Source of the DNA: Trypanosoma brucei
Taxonomy: Eukaryota
Length of the DNA stretch: 64,000 nucleotides
Assembly (NCBI GenBank): GCA_000002445.1
Contig: CH464491.1
Coordinates: 4,352,001-4,416,000 of the forward strand
Direction: 5' to 3'
Both the position numbers and the translations under genes were made by a program. Shown one piece after another: positions 59,215 through 64,000 of the stretch; positions within the stretch are counted from its first letter, which is position 1, and the number at the start of each line of letters is the position of its first letter. The notes beneath the pieces were generated by a model. That model searched no databases. It was not told the origin of the DNA and worked only from the letters and a program-made list of their open reading frames with translations.

Positions 59215-61764
59215 CTATACGTTAGCCTCCAAAGTGTTCTCACTTGAAAGAACGAGACGCACAAATGTTAGGGCTGCACGCAACATACCTGCCGTCACCG
59301 CAACGGGTTCCACAAAACTTAGAGTGGCAGGTCCCTCATTCCAATCCACACTCCCGCAAAACCCACTAGCAACGCGTGATGTTGGTCCCTCACTCTCACT
59401 ATTGTCGCTCCCGCTGCTCTCAGTGTCACTTTTGCAGAAGTAGCGACGCTGCGTCTCGCGGTCGTAACTCGTCACATTTATATGGTCATCGTAAAATGCC
59501 AAGTCCTCGCGAATGTAAACATGCAGCGCCGATGCGTTGTGAACCGCCCTCATGGAGGGTCGTGGGTTCTCGCTCCTTCGCCACAACTCATCGCTTTCGA
59601 ACTGCAGCCAGGCACGCCTTAGCGGGTAATGATGATCCGTCACGTAACCCACCACACGCCGTGGTAGCTCACACAACGCCTCGCTAAGCACATCCAACAC
59701 AGCGGCTAAAACGGGCACATCTCCCGTTAATGGGATAGACGCAGATTGGCATTGACATCCTCCGGCGCTAGACCTTAGAGACTCGGCAATGGCCCTCATC
59801 TGTCGCGCCAACGACATTTGAAGGGCACCACCAGCACGTACAAAACCAAGGCCACATTCAGCAGCCCAACCACGGCCAGCAACCGACGTGTCCACCGCCA
59901 ACAACACACAACCCGCGCACTTCAACAACAAAGCGATGTGGGATCGCTGCAAATGTGAAGATGGACTTACGAGTAACATCGTTCCAACTTCTCCAACAGC
60001 GGCGTCGTGGGGACATGCGGGGGTTGGACTGGAGGTATTCCCATCTATTTTCAAGAGCAGTCCTCTCTTTGCGGAACTGTCCACCCGCTTCGGCCCTGTG
60101 AAGGGGAAATGAGGGGCAAGTAAGGTTTCAAGATCGCCGTGTGCCACAAAACGGGCGGGAATAATAACGTTAGCGAGGCGGTCTGGGAGCACTAACCTCC
60201 CGCGACGCAATACAGCCACATCGGGGCACGCGCACATGTCTTCACTAGTGCTGAAAGTATCCCGACGGCACACCTGAAGACGACGGATCATGGCGTCGAA
60301 GGCGGTTGTGTCCACTTCATCAACCATGAAAACTGGGGCGGCACCCACAACACCATTGTGAGAATTGCGCTCTGCATAATAGCGCGCGCCAAACGTCTTC
60401 ATCACGGGTGGGGCATGGGAGGGAGTTATGATGACTGACACATCATTGGCCCACGCCCAGTCGTACAGCATTCTTGACGCCTCCAACTGAGCCTTCTGCT
60501 GGTCTGCTGACGTCCATTCACCCTCAATTTGTCTCGCTCCGCCCTTCGGACGCCCCATTTCCACCTCACCAACCTCGCTTTCGTTACTTCGTGTTGGTGG
60601 TGGTGGTGGTGGCCTTGCATGTAAGAAGTCTAAGAGGCCTCCTTCGTGGTCTATAACGAGGAGCATGACCAAATAACATCGACCACCACTCGTAGCGCTG
60701 TCAGTGCATGAACCGTCACAATTACGGCTGCCGCTGCCAATTGTCCCCCGTCCATCCAGTACAAAGTGAGGGGTGTCTGCACCCTGATGAGCATTGAAGG
60801 TGGGGGCGACAGTCGGTAGGAAAAAGGAACCACAAGGAAAACTCCGCGAGTACGTAAGTGCCGAACCGAGGCACGGAACTAAGCACGTTGCTGGGTCTTC
60901 CAGAAGCAGCCGCGCCCGTGCGGATATCGTTTGAGCAGGCACTGCATTTCTTCCATGGTGGAAAGGCGTACAGAGAAAGTCCAAAAGAAGCTTCTCAAGC
61001 ACCAACAATGCATCACCTTCAACTTCCGTAGACAAGGTAAAATGAATGCATCCAGCTAGCACGCTCCGTGGCACAGACGTCTTACACCTGTGAGAGGGCA
61101 CCTGCAGGTCCCGTAAGGACGCAGTCACTATTCTCTCAATAAAATCCATTGCGCTAACTTCCCCATCCACTGAGATGGGCGACACCGAAATGTCTCGTAA
61201 CTCCCCAGGACTAGTTAAGGCACGGAGGATACGTATTATACGCAACCGATTTCTTGTAGCAGACATGGTATCTACCACAGGATAGCGTGCTTCAGAACTT
61301 AGTAACTGCCTCAACAAAGAAGCGCAGAGTACCAGTAACCTCCCGTGACCATCTATAAGCTGCTGTTTACGTTTAAAATCTTTTTTGGGGTGAAGGGCAG
61401 AAGGCCCTGCACCACTTCCCGCGAAGAAGGCGCGACAGAGTTCATAGTACGTAGGGAACTCACTTAGTTTGCACAGCACATCACCCGCCCTTGGGCGCAA
61501 AATTATTACTTCACCTTCGGCACCAACGGAGAGAGTCAGTTGACCATACGGGCCGATGTGCAACTCCATCGAACATTCCTGAAGTGCGCGCGCAAAAAAA
61601 ACCATGGAGGGACGTGAATGATGGACGGCAAACCCCACCGCCTGTACACGCCTTTGCTCCTCGTGGGGATTATTTTGGTGGAACTCGCGTATGGGGTACC
61701 CGTATTCAGTGGTAAAATGATCCCGAGTGTAACTCACAGTGCTATGCATATATTTACCCTTCAT
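59215..61764 (-). CDS. Hypothetical conserved protein, about 849 aa
   Basis: The track start at 61770 is TTG; the first ATG is at 61762-61764, with an alternative ATG at 61747-61749. Long ORF with normal composition. No family recognised. Confidence 0.75.
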   Translation of the reverse strand: MKGKYMHSTVSYTRDHFTTEYGYPIREFHQNNPHEEQRRVQAVGFAVHHSRPSMVFFARALQECSMELHIGPYGQLTLSVGAEGEVIILRPRAGDVLCKLSEFPTYYELCRAFFAGSGAGPSALHPKKDFKRKQQLIDGHGRLLVLCASLLRQLLSSEARYPVVDTMSATRNRLRIIRILRALTSPGELRDISVSPISVDGEVSAMDFIERIVTASLRDLQVPSHRCKTSVPRSVLAGCIHFTLSTEVEGDALLVLEKLLLDFLCTPFHHGRNAVPAQTISARARLLLEDPATCLVPCLGSALTYSRSFPCGSFFLPTVAPTFNAHQGADTPHFVLDGRGTIGSGSRNCDGSCTDSATSGGRCYLVMLLVIDHEGGLLDFLHARPPPPPPTRSNESEVGEVEMGRPKGGARQIEGEWTSADQQKAQLEASRMLYDWAWANDVSVIITPSHAPPVMKTFGARYYAERNSHNGVVGAAPVFMVDEVDTTAFDAMIRRLQVCRRDTFSTSEDMCACPDVAVLRRGRLVLPDRLANVIIPARFVAHGDLETLLAPHFPFTGPKRVDSSAKRGLLLKIDGNTSSPTPACPHDAAVGEVGTMLLVSPSSHLQRSHIALLLKCAGCVLLAVDTSVAGRGWAAECGLGFVRAGGALQMSLARQMRAIAESLRSSAGGCQCQSASIPLTGDVPVLAAVLDVLSEALCELPRRVVGYVTDHHYPLRRAWLQFESDELWRRSENPRPSMRAVHNASALHVYIREDLAFYDDHINVTSYDRETQRRYFCKSDTESSGSDNSESEGPTSRVASGFCGSVDWNEGPATLSFVEPVAVTAGMLRAALTFVRLVLSSENTLEANV

Positions 61765-63151
61765 TTCCAATGTTGCTACCGTCCCTCCAACCTCGGCTTT
61801 TTGAGGTGGGAAAAAAGCTTCGTATGTACTGAGAGTTTAATTTTACATCAATATGCTGCTTTAAAAGCGGATCTAGAGTAAGATTGGGGCGATAACCGAC
61901 CGATGGAGAAAAAGAAAAAGAAAGACAATGGGGCTATCGGCGCTCTCACGTTACTGTCTTGTTTAGGAAATAGCAACAAAATAAAAATTAAGAGAAAGAA
62001 GATGTGGGAGATAAGTGTAAATGATCAACTAACACTTTTTTTTCTTTTTGCAAATGCAACTAGTGGTAAAAGCGGTGAATATAAAAGATGACCTAAGAAT
62101 AGAGAGAAGGGAAGGGAAGGGGAACTGAAGGTAGTGGGGCGGAAAGAACACATTAAAACAGATTTCCCCCATATCGCAACGAAAGAAGGGCAAAAAAAAA
62201 AAGGAAAAAAAAGATGTTGACACTACGAGGAATGGCACGTGAACCAAAAGGTTGACGGGAGAAAGCAAAGTAGTGAGCACACGTAAGAGCGTGATTTGCA
62301 AAGGCAAATATTATATAATGTATCACAAAAACGGGGAAAGCAAAGCAAAAGTAACAGTAACAGTAACAGCGAAAGACAACATATACTCGGATAAATAATC
62401 CTCCTTTCTCTCAGATGTTGTTGTTTCCCTCACGTGTTCTCAGCCAATCAAACATTCTCCTCAGTGGCAAACACTCATCCCTTTCCCCCTCCTTTTTTAC
62501 TATACCCAAAGGTATAGTCATCCACTCATGTGAGCCGCCAACACCTCCCATACACACACTTTACAAACACACATAAGCACAAAGCTGAAACGAAGGCAGA
62601 AATGGATATGAAAAGATCAAAAAAAAACGGCCACTGCAGATGCCGTGCTTGCGCTCGTACTGGCATTTCCACGTGCGGCGGCGAGAAACATGAAGAAACG
62701 CGGTTTCAACAAAAAAGAGCTGATCAGAAACAACCAGGAAGGAGATGGTAAATGGTGCGCAACGACAATCGGGTGCAATCGATTTGAAACGGCCCTCCTC
62801 CACTGCGTAAAGAGGGGAGCTTACGGTATTCGCAGGTGCACGAAACAAAAAATAAAAGTGCTCACTCAAAGCGAGACAAGCAGTTAATATAAGTAGACTA
62901 GCGGTGAAAAAAAACAACAACAACAACAAAAATCAACGGATAGTCCACTCATCAGCACCCCTTTCGCATAATTTCCTTCACCCGTATCTTTTAATTACAT
63001 TGCGTCAGTTTACGCAAGCGCGCCGCATGCACAAAGTTTCACACAGCTTCACAAAAGCGCAGATTCCCCTTCCATTACCTGCTCCTTCCCACCCACCTCA
63101 CACACACTACCAGTCAGCCCTGGTTTCAGTCCTTTTATTATGTCACTCCTC

Positions 63152-64000
63152 TTATTTGTCACCCTTGTCCCGTCTCGCCGCACTCTTGCGGTACTGTTCA
63201 AGCTCCTCATCCTTCTGCCTTCGGATCGTGTCTATTGTCGGCTCACCAAACCCACCCTCTCCCATATCATACAATCGCTTAAGCATTGCGTCACTCTGCG
63301 CACGCCCGCCGCCAGCCTTCGGAGGGAACATCGCATCCAACGGTACCTTCCAGCGGTCGAGCTCGGAATCGCCAGTTGATTGCGTGACCGGTCCTCCACT
63401 CGGGCCGTCGCACAGTGGCGGGTCCCCGATGTCGACAAACGTGTCGTTCTCAGGCATAATAAGAATTGTACCACGTTCTACGTCCAACTCCACCTGTCGG
63501 GCGTCAAAGGGTGTAAGGAAGAGAAGATGATTAAGAAGCAACCGCAGCTTCGCGGAGTCTGCATCACTGGAGAAGACGAGGTAAGCACCATAGAGGTGTG
63601 CGATAAAGCGAAGGCAGCGAGTGAGAGTCTTCATTTGCTCCATTGGTCCCGGGAAGGCGTCGACCTTGTTGCACACAATCACTGTTGGCAGGCCGGAGAG
63701 ACGAACGCGCTTCAGATCGGGGTGTCCCTCACCCAACGCCCGTTGCGCTCGGGCGTGGAGTTTATCGGGAGTGTTGGATCCCTTCGCCCGCATCTTTTGC
63801 AGTATCTCATTGGCTCGACGGTCAACACGCTTCAACCAATACGCAAGCGTGTCCCACATGGACGAGGGATCCGAAAAATCCACAACGATAGCGATGTGCA
63901 TTAAGTGAACGTTCTCAGGTGTGATAACCACCTCACATAACTGTGACAGCTCCATCCCCTGCGCAAGCTCCCAGAAGTGCACAGTCTGCGAAACGTGGCG
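63152..64000 (-). CDS. Dynein light intermediate chain, cytoplasmic dynein-2/IFT-dynein D2LIC-like. The gene is truncated: its N-terminus lies beyond the window edge.
   Basis: The apparent start at 63982 is GTG, so the ORF continues past position 64000. HFWELAQG matches the (L)H(I/F)WELGG motif of D2LIC. It is followed by IAIVVDFSDPSSMW and a CNKVD-type segment (G4-like NKxD of the Ras-like fold). The C-terminus is charged and coiled-coil-like. Confidence 0.6.
   Translation of the reverse strand, partial: RHVSQTVHFWELAQGMELSQLCEVVITPENVHLMHIAIVVDFSDPSSMWDTLAYWLKRVDRRANEILQKMRAKGSNTPDKLHARAQRALGEGHPDLKRVRLSGLPTVIVCNKVDAFPGPMEQMKTLTRCLRFIAHLYGAYLVFSSDADSAKLRLLLNHLLFLTPFDARQVELDVERGTILIMPENDTFVDIGDPPLCDGPSGGPVTQSTGDSELDRWKVPLDAMFPPKAGGGRAQSDAMLKRLYDMGEGGFGEPTIDTIRRQKDEELEQYRKSAARRDKGDK

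Overview
This 64-kb window looks like nuclear DNA from a kinetoplastid, most likely Trypanosoma (African-trypanosome-like), rather than a prokaryotic locus. I base that on sequence alone, and the species call is an inference.

Every convincing protein-coding ORF, about 19 genes including the partial one at the right edge, lies on the minus strand. None has introns. They are separated by 0.7-4.7 kb spacers rich in microsatellites: (TA)n, (CA)n/(GT)n, poly-purine/poly-pyrimidine tracts and short tandem 4-9-mers. The window therefore reads as one uninterrupted polycistronic transcription unit, with no strand-switch region and no tRNA, rRNA or obvious mobile element.

Families recognised from conserved motifs, from low to high coordinates:
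- MFS/nodulin-like transporter
- a large charged protein with TPX2-like motifs
- Dopey (DOP1) family giant protein
- MYND zinc-finger protein
- TruD/Pus7 pseudouridine synthase
- CLC chloride channel with CBS domains
- B-type (mitotic) cyclin
- dihydrolipoamide dehydrogenase
- ER-type DnaJ
- TCP-1 alpha chaperonin
- glucosamine-6-phosphate deaminase
- CDKL-like CMGC kinase
- a truncated dynein-2 light intermediate chain at the window edge

Several ORF-track start codons are not ATG: they are GTG or TTG translated as M. I moved those starts to the first in-frame ATG.

I found no operon-like or defence-type system, which is expected for a trypanosomatid transcription unit where neighbouring genes are functionally unrelated. 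The most interesting signals are:
- two gene-free low-complexity tracts of about 4.5 kb each, probably very long regulatory 3'UTRs (downstream of the cyclin and of the CDKL kinase)
- a compositionally distinct small ORF for a transmembrane protein embedded in one of them
- a low-complexity (SQ/RS) insert between the two cyclin folds
- TPX2-like motifs in an otherwise uncharacterised protein
- homopolymer G/C runs immediately next to two start codons
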